From assembly GCA_902793405.1 (NCBI GenBank), contig CADBDH010000007.1:5712-69711 (forward strand): a stretch of DNA of 64,000 nucleotides, written 5' to 3'. Of this stretch, positions 27,405 to 37,098 are shown in pieces. The DNA is from an uncultured Bacteroidales bacterium (GTDB lineage: Bacteria > Bacteroidota > Bacteroidia > Bacteroidales > Muribaculaceae). The notes under the pieces were generated by a model. That model worked only from the letters and a program-made list of their open reading frames with translations. It did no database searches and had not been told where the DNA came from. Position 1 is the first letter of the stretch. Every line of letters begins with the position of its first letter. A program made the position numbers and the translations under genes.

Positions 27405-29468
27405 ATGATATTTGCTATGAAAAAGTTTTTTACTACTGCAGTGGTCATTATGTTGCCCTTGCTGATGATGGCACAGGGCTGGCCCACAAAGTATGATGGC
27501 GTGATGTTGCAGGGCTTTTATTGGGACTCGTTCAATGACTCCCGTTGGCCCAAGCTCGAGGCTCAGGCCGATGAACTGGCCGAGTTCTTCAGTCTCGTTT
27601 GGGTTCCTCAGAGCGGTAATTGCGGCGGCACGTCGATGGGCTATGACGACCTGTACTGGTTCTCCAACTACAGCAGCTCGTTTGGCAATGAGTCGCAGCT
27701 TCGTTCGATGATCAACACCTTCAAGAACAAGGGCATCGGCACCATTGCCGACGTGGTCATCAACCACCGCAAGAGCAACAACGGATGGTTCGGCTTCCCC
27801 ACCGAGGTATACAGGGGTTTGACCTACACGATGTCATCGACCGACGTCTGCTCCAACGATGACGGCGGCCAGGCCCAGACCGAGGCCAACCGCCTGGGTG
27901 TGCAGCTCGGCAACCCCGACACGGGCGAGGACTGGTCCGGCATGCGTGACCTTGACCACAAGAGCGCTAACGTGCAGCGTTGTGTCAAGGCCTATCTGAA
28001 GTTCTTGCTCAACGATCTGGGCTATGCCGGTTTCCGTTACGATATGACCAAGGGTTATGCCGCCTCCTATACGGGCATGTATAATGTGGATGCAGCCCCC
28101 GAGTTCTCGGTGGGTGAGTTCTGGGATGGCTATCTGCCCACGGTAAAGGGCTGGATTGACGGGACCAAGGTGGATGGCGTGGTGCAGAGTGCCGCCTTCG
28201 ACTTCCCCTTCCGTTACACCATTCGTGACGCCGCCAACAACAACAGGTGGACCAGCTTGGGCGGCAGCGGCAAGGGCCTGTGCCTGGAAAACAACTACAA
28301 GCGCTATGCCGTGACCTTTATCGAGAACCACGATACCGAGTACCGCAGCGCGTCGGCACCCCAGGATCCCATCAAGAGCAACATCGAGGCCGCTAACGCC
28401 TATCTGCTCTCCATGCCTGGCACGCCGTGCGTCTTCCTCAAGCACTGGAAGGATTACAAGGAGAGCATCAAGCAGATGATTTACGTGCGTCAGCTGGCAG
28501 GCATCTCCAACACGAGTACGACCAACAACTTCAGCAAGAACGATGCCGCCAACTACTATGTGCAGCGCACCCAGGGTGACCGCGGCATGGTGCTTGCCGC
28601 CATGGGCACCACGGCCTATACGATTCCTCAGACCTATGTTGTCGTCGCTAGCGGCACCAACTACCGTCTTGCACTGAGCAAGACCACCGAGACCGCTTGG
28701 GTGAGCAAGCCCAGCGGCGAGTATGAAGGCGCCTTCAGCGTGACGTTCACCGCCGTGAGCCAGACCGCAGGAGCGCGTCTCGTCTATACCCTGGACGGCA
28801 GCGAACCCACTGCCAGCAACGGTACCCGGGTCGATGATGGCAGCAGCATCAACATCAACAAGTCGGTAACCCTCAAGGTGGGTCTGTTGATTGGTAATGC
28901 GGTGAGCGGTGTCATCACCCGCCACTACACCATCGACAACAGTGAGTTCGTGCCCTATGAAATCACCGTCTATCTCAAAGACCCGACCGTGGCTCCCAAC
29001 AACTGGTCGTCGGTTTACTTCTTCACCTGGGACAGCAACGACAAAACCTTTAACGGCAACTGGCCGGGTGAGAAGATGACCGCCACCAAGGTCATCAACG
29101 GCGTCAAGTTCTATTATGACACCTACCAGATCACGGGCAAGAACTACTACATGAACTTCGTGTTCAACCAGGGGTCCAGCAGCGGCCAGACCGAGGACGT
29201 GACCTATGTCAACAAGACCTCCTTCTTCGAGATTGCCACTACGACCAACAAATATCAGGTGAGGGACATCACCGACCAGTTCCTTGTTGTCAAGGGCGAT
29301 GTGAACGGCGACAGCGAGGTGAATATCGCCGACGTTAACTGCATCATCGACATCATCCTCGGCCATAAGACTGCCGCCGAGTTTGAGGGACGTGCCGATG
29401 TGAACGGTGACACCGAGGTGAATATCGCCGATGTTAACGCTATTATTGACATTATCTTAGGCTCTTGA
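27405..29468 (+). CDS. Secreted alpha-amylase (GH13) with Fn3/chitobiase-like, starch-binding-like and C-terminal dockerin-like modules
   Basis: Catalytic GFRYDMTKG, VGEFW and FIENHDT. YTLDGSEPT (Fn3-like). YFFTW...WPG (CBM25/26-like). Duplicated DVNGDxEVNIAD. The start may be 27417. Confidence 0.92.
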   Translation: MIFAMKKFFTTAVVIMLPLLMMAQGWPTKYDGVMLQGFYWDSFNDSRWPKLEAQADELAEFFSLVWVPQSGNCGGTSMGYDDLYWFSNYSSSFGNESQLRSMINTFKNKGIGTIADVVINHRKSNNGWFGFPTEVYRGLTYTMSSTDVCSNDDGGQAQTEANRLGVQLGNPDTGEDWSGMRDLDHKSANVQRCVKAYLKFLLNDLGYAGFRYDMTKGYAASYTGMYNVDAAPEFSVGEFWDGYLPTVKGWIDGTKVDGVVQSAAFDFPFRYTIRDAANNNRWTSLGGSGKGLCLENNYKRYAVTFIENHDTEYRSASAPQDPIKSNIEAANAYLLSMPGTPCVFLKHWKDYKESIKQMIYVRQLAGISNTSTTNNFSKNDAANYYVQRTQGDRGMVLAAMGTTAYTIPQTYVVVASGTNYRLALSKTTETAWVSKPSGEYEGAFSVTFTAVSQTAGARLVYTLDGSEPTASNGTRVDDGSSININKSVTLKVGLLIGNAVSGVITRHYTIDNSEFVPYEITVYLKDPTVAPNNWSSVYFFTWDSNDKTFNGNWPGEKMTATKVINGVKFYYDTYQITGKNYYMNFVFNQGSSSGQTEDVTYVNKTSFFEIATTTNKYQVRDITDQFLVVKGDVNGDSEVNIADVNCIIDIILGHKTAAEFEGRADVNGDTEVNIADVNAIIDIILGS

Positions 29469-29484
29469 GCATTGATAAAACGAA

Positions 29485-30843
29485 ATGAACAGATTCTTTA
29501 GATTCTTCTGTTTGGCATTGGCACTGACCGCTTTCAGTGCCAATGCCGCTGTGTATGGCGACGTGAACGGCGATGCCGAGGTGAATATCGCCGACGTGAA
29601 CGCCATCATCAACATGATATTGAATGACGACCCCGATCTGAGGGGTGACGTGAACAATGACGGTGAAATCAATATTGCCGACGTGAATGCCGTCATCGAG
29701 GTCATCCTGGGCTTGCACGAGGATCCCGTCTATGACGGCCCTGTTGTGGGTGGCGACATCTCGATGCTGACCAAGTATGAGGCCCACCAGCGCATGGCTT
29801 TGCGCTACGGCATCACTAACGCACATTACTATGATGTGAACGCACAGGTCATTAATGATGTCATCACGTGGACCAAGCAGCAGGGATGGAACGCGGCACG
29901 TGTGCGCCTGTTTGTCAACCCTGCCAATGCCTCGACGGCCGACAAGGGCCAAGGTGTGATTCAGAATCTGGATACCGTCAAGGTGCTGGGACGTCGCATC
30001 AAGGACGCAGGCATGCGGTTCATGCTCGACTTCCATTATAGCGACAGCTGGGCCGACCCCGTTAAGCAATTCACGCCTGCCGAGTGGGCTGGCCTGGACG
30101 ATGAGGCTTTGACTCAGCGCGTCTATGAGTACACCCGCGACTGCCTGCGTGCCCTCAAGGCTGCCGGCGCTACCCCCGATTATATCCAGACGGGCAACGA
30201 AATCAGCTACGGCATGTTGTGGGGACCGGTGGGAACGCCATCAAGCCAGTTGAAGAAATGCTACATGGGCGACGAGACTAACTGGGAACGCTTTACCAAC
30301 CTGCTCAAGGCTGCGGGCCGAGCCTGCCGTGAGGAGTGTCCGAAGGCTAAAATCATCCTCCACACCGAGCGAGTGGCCAAGCCCAACATCATGCTCAACT
30401 TCTACAACCAGATGAAGAGCAGGCAGGTGGATTATGACATCATCGGACTGAGCTACTATCCTTATTACCATGGCAGCCTGTCTGTCCTGGCCAATGCGCT
30501 CAACAGCTTGACCAACAACTATCAGGACAAGGAAATCATGATTGTCGAAACGGGCTACTGCTACCACTATGCGATTTCGGGCGACTACGACCTCTCGTCG
30601 ACGTGGCCCATCACCGCCGAGGGACAACGGCAGTTCACGGCCGACCTGATAGCACGCCTCAAGCCTTACAGCAAGGTCAAGGGTCTGTTCTGGTGGTTCC
30701 CCGAGGCCAACGAGTACGGCCTGGGCGGCAGCTACTGGAGCACGCTCCACGTCAACGACGCGTGGTACAATGCCGGCCTGTGGAATCATGAGACCGGCAG
30801 GGCATTGCCGGCCCTTTACGAGCTCAAGAATTTCGTTCAGTAA
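29485..30843 (+). CDS. GH53 endo-1,4-beta-galactanase with N-terminal dockerin-like module
   Basis: Signal peptide, duplicated DVNxDxE(V/I)NIAD, then GGDIS, RVRLFVNP, LDFHYSDSWADP, QTGNEI (acid/base) and IVETG (nucleophile). Confidence 0.92.
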   Translation: MNRFFRFFCLALALTAFSANAAVYGDVNGDAEVNIADVNAIINMILNDDPDLRGDVNNDGEINIADVNAVIEVILGLHEDPVYDGPVVGGDISMLTKYEAHQRMALRYGITNAHYYDVNAQVINDVITWTKQQGWNAARVRLFVNPANASTADKGQGVIQNLDTVKVLGRRIKDAGMRFMLDFHYSDSWADPVKQFTPAEWAGLDDEALTQRVYEYTRDCLRALKAAGATPDYIQTGNEISYGMLWGPVGTPSSQLKKCYMGDETNWERFTNLLKAAGRACREECPKAKIILHTERVAKPNIMLNFYNQMKSRQVDYDIIGLSYYPYYHGSLSVLANALNSLTNNYQDKEIMIVETGYCYHYAISGDYDLSSTWPITAEGQRQFTADLIARLKPYSKVKGLFWWFPEANEYGLGGSYWSTLHVNDAWYNAGLWNHETGRALPALYELKNFVQ

Positions 30844-31963
30844 TCATCGACCATACCATCTTGCACCACACGATGGTGTAGAGATATACATTGATGTATA
30901 AGGTGCCGTTCAGGAAGTTGTGAACCCTGGACGGCACTAGTACGTCGGTGGGTATGAGTCCGAAAAACACGATCAGTGCCCAGAACAATACTTTGTCCAG
31001 CACGGTGTGGTGCTCTTGCAGGTAATACCACAGCATGTAACCCGACAGGGCGATGAGATAGGTGTGAACCTCCGACGAGTCGCCAAATACAATGATCCAT
31101 CCCATGAGGACGCCGAGTGTTGTGGCGCGGAATTCAAACTCATGCCATCGGTTGCGTTTCACAAAGAATAAGGCGATAATCAGACCTATTGTCACAAGCT
31201 GCACAATGCGGTAATGGTCAAGGACGTATCTTAACGGATAGGCATAGAGCAGCGACATGTAGGTGTCGACGGTCTGGTGGTGCGACAGCATGTCCCACCA
31301 GTTCATGTAGCAGGGTATGAGACCGTTGATGCCCACCTTGATTGCCGGTGTCATGAGCAACAGGATGCCCACGAGCGCGGCAAGACCCAGGCGACGGAAT
31401 GCCTTAGGATAGCAAAACAGAATCAGTAGTTCCACGATGCCATACACCTTGGTCGTGGCCGATATCATAATCAGCAACACGGCCCAGAACCCCTTGCCAC
31501 GTTCCAGCAGGCTGAACGAGAACAGGAAGATGTAGGCCACAACAATGTTGAATTGGAACGGAAAAACGCTCTGCTCGAGCACCAGCAGCAGGAAAAGGAA
31601 AATCTTCACCTTGTAGTCATCGTAGCGCTTGGGCAGGGTGAATACCGACAAGGCAAACAGTGAGTAGTTGCCCAGATTCCAGACAAACGGCCCCAACCAC
31701 TTGGGCAGCATGGCAATGGGCCAGTAGAGTACCGAGAAGACCGGCGTGTAGAGGAAATAACGTCCGTGTGCCTCCACAAAGTCCATCGTGTAAGGATTGA
31801 CTCCTGCCCAGAAGTTCAGTGTCGAGTCGGTATATACCAGGTAGTTGGCATAGCGCACCCTGATGGTCTCGATTGCAGTGGCGATGATGGCCACGATGAG
31901 TCCCAGGATAAAAACCGAGGTCTTAGGGTTTCGCTTGATGCTGTCGTTCAGTTTCAGGGTCAT
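30824..31963 (-). CDS. GT87/DUF2029-like polytopic membrane glycosyltransferase
   Basis: Multiple TM segments with FLYTPVFSVL...P, QFNIVV and TTKVYG. Overlaps the GH53 3' end by 20 nt. Confidence 0.75.
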   Translation of the reverse strand: MTLKLNDSIKRNPKTSVFILGLIVAIIATAIETIRVRYANYLVYTDSTLNFWAGVNPYTMDFVEAHGRYFLYTPVFSVLYWPIAMLPKWLGPFVWNLGNYSLFALSVFTLPKRYDDYKVKIFLFLLLVLEQSVFPFQFNIVVAYIFLFSFSLLERGKGFWAVLLIMISATTKVYGIVELLILFCYPKAFRRLGLAALVGILLLMTPAIKVGINGLIPCYMNWWDMLSHHQTVDTYMSLLYAYPLRYVLDHYRIVQLVTIGLIIALFFVKRNRWHEFEFRATTLGVLMGWIIVFGDSSEVHTYLIALSGYMLWYYLQEHHTVLDKVLFWALIVFFGLIPTDVLVPSRVHNFLNGTLYINVYLYTIVWCKMVWSMITERNS

Positions 31964-32778
31964 TTTTCTGTGGATGATTGGGTGGTTTCGTTGAAGTGTT
32001 GTGTGAATTCAGTGTATGTGACAAATTGTGCCCCGTGCTGTTTGAAGGTCTTGATGAGGGTATTGAGACGCTTGACGGCTGCATCACCTGAATTGCGCTT
32101 GATAATATAAGGTATCTTCCATTCGGGATGCTCCTTCAGCGGGTAGTATTCCCAGGGATGGAAATAGATGACAAACTGGCCATCGTGGCGCAGGGTCCAG
32201 AGTGTTAACTTCTTGTAGAGCCACATCGGGTAGTTGTGGCAAGCCAGCCAGAAGACCGGCAGGCGCAGCCATGGTGTGACCGATGCGGGAATCTGCAGCA
32301 CCTTGCCCTTGTAGAAGGGGGTGCGTGGCACGTCCAGATGCATGTATCTGCCAGGTATGAAAGCGGGATGCAGTGATGAGTTATAGAGGTAGCCAATGCG
32401 CTCCAGTTCTTCGTCATCGACGGCAAACATGCGGGGTTGGCGGTAGCCGTTGGCAGTAGTTTGGGTGAGACGCTCAATCACTTCCTTGGATTGGCTGGGG
32501 TCACCTTTCTTGGGATTGAAGTGATCCACGCCGTGGCATGCGACCTCATGCCCCTCGTTGATAATGCGCTTCATGATGGCGGGAGCATGCTCAGCAAAGT
32601 TTGCGGTGCAGAAGAAAGTGGCCTTCACCTGGTTGCGCTTCAGCGTATCCAAGACGAGATTGGTGCCGACTGAGGAGACCTCAATGCTTCTTTCAAAATC
32701 AATGTCCACGCCTTGCTCTCGGGGCAAGTCAAACTCCTCGGTGTCAAAACTCAGTAATATCAAATCGGTTCCATTCAT
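31960..32778 (-). CDS. Polysaccharide deacetylase family (CE4-like) protein
   Basis: LLSFDTEEFD, ATFFCT, HEVACHG, GYRQPR and IYFHPWE. Start reassigned to ATG 32778. Overlaps the next gene by 4 nt. Confidence 0.85.
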   Translation of the reverse strand: MNGTDLILLSFDTEEFDLPREQGVDIDFERSIEVSSVGTNLVLDTLKRNQVKATFFCTANFAEHAPAIMKRIINEGHEVACHGVDHFNPKKGDPSQSKEVIERLTQTTANGYRQPRMFAVDDEELERIGYLYNSSLHPAFIPGRYMHLDVPRTPFYKGKVLQIPASVTPWLRLPVFWLACHNYPMWLYKKLTLWTLRHDGQFVIYFHPWEYYPLKEHPEWKIPYIIKRNSGDAAVKRLNTLIKTFKQHGAQFVTYTEFTQHFNETTQSSTEK

Positions 32779-32866
32779 AGCAGGGCACAAAATTACGAAT
32801 AAACTTGGATGTGACACAAAAACTGACTCAAAATAGTAGCCAGATTGTCCTGCTATATAAAGAACA

Positions 32867-32895
32867 AGCGTGGCAAGAAACCTTCTTGCCACGCT
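32867..32895 (-). terminator. Intrinsic terminator of the methyltransferase gene
   Basis: AGCGTGGCAAGAA-ACC-TTCTTGCCACGCT, a perfect 13-bp stem. Confidence 0.75.
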
Positions 32896-32918
32896 CTATT
32901 GGTATCAGAAAATGGGGA

Positions 32919-33554
32919 TTATGCTTTAGGTTTTTGGGCCGTGACGCACAGGAAACGGCGTTGCTCGTCGCGGCGCACGTCGATGCGGGTGTAGCCGGCA
33001 TCCTTGAGGAAGGTTCTCAGCTCGTCGCCGGTGTAGATGCGCATGCCGCCCACAGCGCGCTCGGTAACGCGGTCGCTCTCGTCCTCGCCGTCCATCTCGT
33101 TGGCAATGACAAGTGTGCCGCCAGGTTTGAGCACCCTCATCATCTCGAGGAGGCAGGAATCGAACGAAGGCCAGTAGTAGATGGTCTCAAATGCCGTGAC
33201 AACGTCAAAAATCTCCCTGGCCAACGGCATTTGGGTGACATTGCCGCCCACGATATAGCAACGGTGGTCAACAACTTCCTTGTAGTTCTTGTCGGTTGCT
33301 ATTTCGAGGGCCAGTTTGGACAAGTCCATTCCGGTGATAACACTTTTCGGGCATTTGCTCAGCAATCGTGCGATATTGGCGCCGCCACCGCACCCGATGT
33401 CGAGGATGCGGGCATCCTCGTTGATGTCAAGTTCGTTCAGCACCCATTCGGGCATCTCGGCATGGTGCTTGCCGTTCATGGCCTGCAATGCGCGATTGCC
33501 CCAAAAACCTTTGGGATGCCGTCCTCGGGCGTAAAACTTGTGGAGCTTCTTCAT
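32919..33554 (-). CDS. Class I SAM-dependent methyltransferase
   Basis: ILDIGCGGG motif I, FDVVTAFETIYYW and RVLKPGG. Confidence 0.9.
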   Translation of the reverse strand: MKKLHKFYARGRHPKGFWGNRALQAMNGKHHAEMPEWVLNELDINEDARILDIGCGGGANIARLLSKCPKSVITGMDLSKLALEIATDKNYKEVVDHRCYIVGGNVTQMPLAREIFDVVTAFETIYYWPSFDSCLLEMMRVLKPGGTLVIANEMDGEDESDRVTERAVGGMRIYTGDELRTFLKDAGYTRIDVRRDEQRRFLCVTAQKPKA

Positions 33555-33728
33555 GAATTTTGATTGCTTTTTTTAAACACGGCAAAATTACACCATATTA
33601 TTTAAATACACAACTACTGAATATAGTATTATTAAATCTTGTATCATCAATTTGTGTGTAAAGTTGATATAATCATGCTGTTTTCATGGCTCCGCTACAT
33701 CCGCTTTGATGATTGGTCCCCAATAAAC

Positions 33729-33762
33729 GAGCGGTGGCATCATGTCAACGATGTCACCGCTC
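33729..33762 (-). terminator. Hairpin terminator downstream of the SusA-like gene
   Basis: GAGCGGTGGCATC...GATGTCACCGCTC, a 13-bp stem with one G-U pair. Confidence 0.7.
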
Positions 33763-33780
33763 AATTTTATCGGTTCTTGG

Positions 33781-35640
33781 TTAGAAGTCGAGCACGAGGG
33801 TGCCGCGGGCAGGCAGGAGCAGCTCGCCATTGGCCAGGCTCACGGTCTTGCCGGTGGGCACGTCGCGGGCAACGGTGGCCTTGCCGAATACCTCGCTGTA
33901 GCGGTCAAGCTTCATCGTGCGCTGCTGCGTCGTGCCGTTGATGATGGTTACGGCATGGCGGCCCTTGTATTCGCGGGCGATGACGTAGATTCCGTCCTTG
34001 GGTATGAACTGGGTCATCTTGCCCTTGGTGATCACATCGTTGCCTTGACGCCAGTGCAGCAGGGCGCTCAGCCAGTTGAACATGTCGTTCTGGGCGGGGG
34101 TGCGGCCCTCGGCGGTAAAGGCGTTCTGCGCGTCACCGGGGAAGCCGCCGGGGAAATCCTTGCGCACGTTGCCGTCGGTCACCTCTTTGGTGCCGTTCAT
34201 CAGCACCTCGGTGCCGTAGTACAGCTGCGGGATGCGCTTGATGGTCAGCAGCAGGGCCAGGGCCTGCTTCAATGCCGGCACATCCTGGCCGTTGTGCAGA
34301 TAGCGGTCGGTGTCGTGATTCTCGATAAAGGCCATCACGCTCGACGGGTTGGGGTAGAGGTAGTCCAGGCACAGGCTGTTGTACACGCGGTTGTAGCCGC
34401 GCCACCAGCCGTCGGTCTCCTCGTGGCGGGCGCTGTCCATTTTCTCATAGAAGGAGAAGTCCATCACCGTCTTGAGGTAACTCTCGGGCTTGCCCATCTT
34501 GTTGCCCTTTTGCCAAGCGGCGGTATAGGCGGGATTCTCGACCCATGTCTCGCCCACGGTATTGAAGTTGGGATACTCGGTGTCGAGGCGCTTCATCCAG
34601 CGTGCCATCGCGTCGGCATAGGCATACGGGTAAGTGTCCATGCGTATGCCGTCGATGCCCACGGTCTCAATCCACCAGATGCTGTTCTGAATCAGGTAGT
34701 TCATCACGTGCACGTTGTGGTGGTTCAAGTCGGGCATCGAGGGCACGAACCAGCCCTCGACGGTCTCCCTGAGGTCCACCTCGCTGGCGTAGGGGTCCAT
34801 CACCGGCGTGAGCTTGTAACTTGTCTGCAGGTAGTTGTTCTTGTAATCGGGTTGGTTGAACCAGTCATGGCTGGGCATATCCTTGAGCCAGGGATGATGG
34901 CTGCCACAGTGGTTGAAGATCATGTCCATCACCACCTTGAGGCCACGGCTGTGGGCCTCGTCACACAGGCGGCGGTACTCCTCGTTGGTGCCGAAGCGCG
35001 GGTCCACCTTGTAGTAATTGGTCGTGGCATAGCCGTGATAGGTCGAGTGGTTGTGGCCGTCGGGAGAATTGTTCTCCAGCACGGGAGTGAACCACAAGGC
35101 GGTCACACCCAGCTGGGTGAAATAATCCAGGTGCTGGCGGATGCCCTCGATGTCGCCGCCGTGGCGCAGGCTGGGCTGCGTCCTGTCGTTCTTGTAGGCT
35201 TCCATGCCTGCAAGCTGATTGTTGGCGGGATTGCCGTCGGCAAAGCGGTCGGGCATGAGCATGTAGAGCACATCGGCGATGCTGAAGCCCATGCGCTTGT
35301 CTCCGCTCATCTCGCGGGCGAGCAGCTGGTACTTCACTTTTTTCTTGCTGCGGCCCTGCTTGAAGGTCATCTCCATCGTGCCGGGCTGGGCATCACGGGT
35401 GTTCAGGTAAACGAGCAGGTAGTTGGGAGAGTCCAGGCGCACCAGGCTGTCGATGGTCACACCCGCATAGTCGATGGCCACCTCGGCATCACGGATGCCC
35501 TCGCCGTAGACCATGAGTTGCACACTGGGGTCCTTCAGTCCCACATACCAGTTGGTCGGCTCAATCCGGTCAACCTTAACTGCCGCATGGCCGGCCAGTA
35601 CTCCAAGCATGACCGCCATCAACAAAAATATTCTCTTCAT
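33781..35640 (-). CDS. susA: GH13 neopullulanase/cyclomaltodextrinase (SusA-like)
   Basis: Signal peptide, N-terminal RIEPTNW domain, MPDRFADG, YHGYA, GIRMDTYPY, VGETW and FIENHDT. Confidence 0.9.
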   Translation of the reverse strand: MKRIFLLMAVMLGVLAGHAAVKVDRIEPTNWYVGLKDPSVQLMVYGEGIRDAEVAIDYAGVTIDSLVRLDSPNYLLVYLNTRDAQPGTMEMTFKQGRSKKKVKYQLLAREMSGDKRMGFSIADVLYMLMPDRFADGNPANNQLAGMEAYKNDRTQPSLRHGGDIEGIRQHLDYFTQLGVTALWFTPVLENNSPDGHNHSTYHGYATTNYYKVDPRFGTNEEYRRLCDEAHSRGLKVVMDMIFNHCGSHHPWLKDMPSHDWFNQPDYKNNYLQTSYKLTPVMDPYASEVDLRETVEGWFVPSMPDLNHHNVHVMNYLIQNSIWWIETVGIDGIRMDTYPYAYADAMARWMKRLDTEYPNFNTVGETWVENPAYTAAWQKGNKMGKPESYLKTVMDFSFYEKMDSARHEETDGWWRGYNRVYNSLCLDYLYPNPSSVMAFIENHDTDRYLHNGQDVPALKQALALLLTIKRIPQLYYGTEVLMNGTKEVTDGNVRKDFPGGFPGDAQNAFTAEGRTPAQNDMFNWLSALLHWRQGNDVITKGKMTQFIPKDGIYVIAREYKGRHAVTIINGTTQQRTMKLDRYSEVFGKATVARDVPTGKTVSLANGELLLPARGTLVLDF

Positions 35641-35698
35641 TTTGGCTATTGTAATTGTTGTATTTGTTGTTTTATTTTTCGATTGTTGACGTTAGAGG

Positions 35699-37012
35699 TC
35701 AGAGCAGTTCGGGCAGCTGGAACAGGCGGGTGCCGTTGGAGCCCTTGATGAGGATGTAGTGGCCCTCGGGACGGCTTTCGGTGATGGCGGCCTTGACCTG
35801 CTCTACGTCGTCAAACTTGCGATAGGGGCACTCGATGTCCTGGAATTCCTTGCCCACAAGCCATACTTCGTCAAAGGGGCAAGCCTTGAGCTTCTCGACC
35901 ACGCGCATGTGCTCCTCGCGGCTGCTGTCGCCCAGCTCTCGCATTTCGCCCAGGATGGCCATCTTGGGCGATACTTCCATCAGGCTGAAGTTGTCAAGTG
36001 CAGCGGCCATCGAGGTGGGGTTGGCATTGTAGGCGTCCACGATGAGGTGGTTGTGCTCGGTGTCGGTGAGTTGTGAGCGGTTGTTCGACGGCGTGTAGTT
36101 CTCTATCGCATGGCAAATCTGCTCGGGGGTGATGCCGAAATGCAGACCCACGGTCGCAGCCGCCAGCACGTTGTCGATGTTGTAGCTGCCGATGAGGTGG
36201 GTCTTCACCTCGTGCCAGTCGCCGTCATTCTCGCGCCACCTCAGGCGCAGGAACGGGTCACAGGCGATGATCTGGCCGTACACGCGTGCATCCTGTTTGT
36301 TCTCGTCACGGGTGTAGCACTCGGTCTTGACGCCTTGGGGCAGGATGCCCATCAGGTACTCGTTGTCGGCGTTGACAAAGATGACGCTGCCGGGTCGCGT
36401 GGCCAGGTTGTCATAGAGTTCACCCTTGGTGCGTATCACGCCCTCGAGCGAGCCAAAACCTTGCAGGTGGGCCTTGCCCACATTGGTAATCAGGCCGCAG
36501 GTGGGCTCGGCGGTTTCGGCCAGCGTCTTGATGTCGCCAGGGTGGCTGGCGCCCATCTCGATGACGGCAATCTCATGCATGACGCTCAGGCGGAACAGCG
36601 TCTTGGGCACACCCACATCGTTGTTGAAGTTGCCCTCGGTCGCCATCTCGTCATAGCGTTCGGCCAGGACGGCGCGCACGAGCTCCTTGGTCGTCGTCTT
36701 GCCGTTGGTGCCGGTGATGCCGATGACGGGGATGTCAAAACGGCGGCGGTGTTCGCGTGCCATGTCCTTGTAGGTCTGCAACGTGTCCGCGACAAGAATC
36801 ATCTGCTTGTCGCCGGTATAGTTGTTATAGACCTGCTCGTCGTCGACGATGGCGACGGCACAGCCCTTGTCCAGAGCCTGTGCGGCAAACTGGTTGCCGT
36901 CAAACGATTCGCCCTTCAAGGCGATGAATATGCTGCCCTCGGGGCACTCGCGGCTGTCGGTGGTGATGACCGGATGCTGCTGGTAGATTGCGTAAAGATC
37001 TTTGCTGTCCAT
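35699..37012 (-). CDS. murF: UDP-N-acetylmuramoyl-tripeptide--D-Ala-D-Ala ligase
   Basis: TTDSR, GITGTNGKTTTKE, NFNNDVGVP, EMGASH, DAYNANPTSM and LIKGSNG. Start at ATG 37012. Confidence 0.96.
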   Translation of the reverse strand: MDSKDLYAIYQQHPVITTDSRECPEGSIFIALKGESFDGNQFAAQALDKGCAVAIVDDEQVYNNYTGDKQMILVADTLQTYKDMAREHRRRFDIPVIGITGTNGKTTTKELVRAVLAERYDEMATEGNFNNDVGVPKTLFRLSVMHEIAVIEMGASHPGDIKTLAETAEPTCGLITNVGKAHLQGFGSLEGVIRTKGELYDNLATRPGSVIFVNADNEYLMGILPQGVKTECYTRDENKQDARVYGQIIACDPFLRLRWRENDGDWHEVKTHLIGSYNIDNVLAAATVGLHFGITPEQICHAIENYTPSNNRSQLTDTEHNHLIVDAYNANPTSMAAALDNFSLMEVSPKMAILGEMRELGDSSREEHMRVVEKLKACPFDEVWLVGKEFQDIECPYRKFDDVEQVKAAITESRPEGHYILIKGSNGTRLFQLPELL

Positions 37013-37033
37013 AATATGAAGTATTATTTGTGG

Positions 37034-37071
37034 CAAAATTACAAAAATAACCGCTTTTTTATCTAATTTTG
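37034..37071. promoter_or_regulatory. Divergent -7 boxes for murF and ddl
   Basis: TAATTTTG on the minus strand (37034-37041) and on the plus strand (37064-37071). Confidence 0.6.
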
Positions 37072-37098
37072 CACCCGAAATTTAATGTGCGCAATAAA

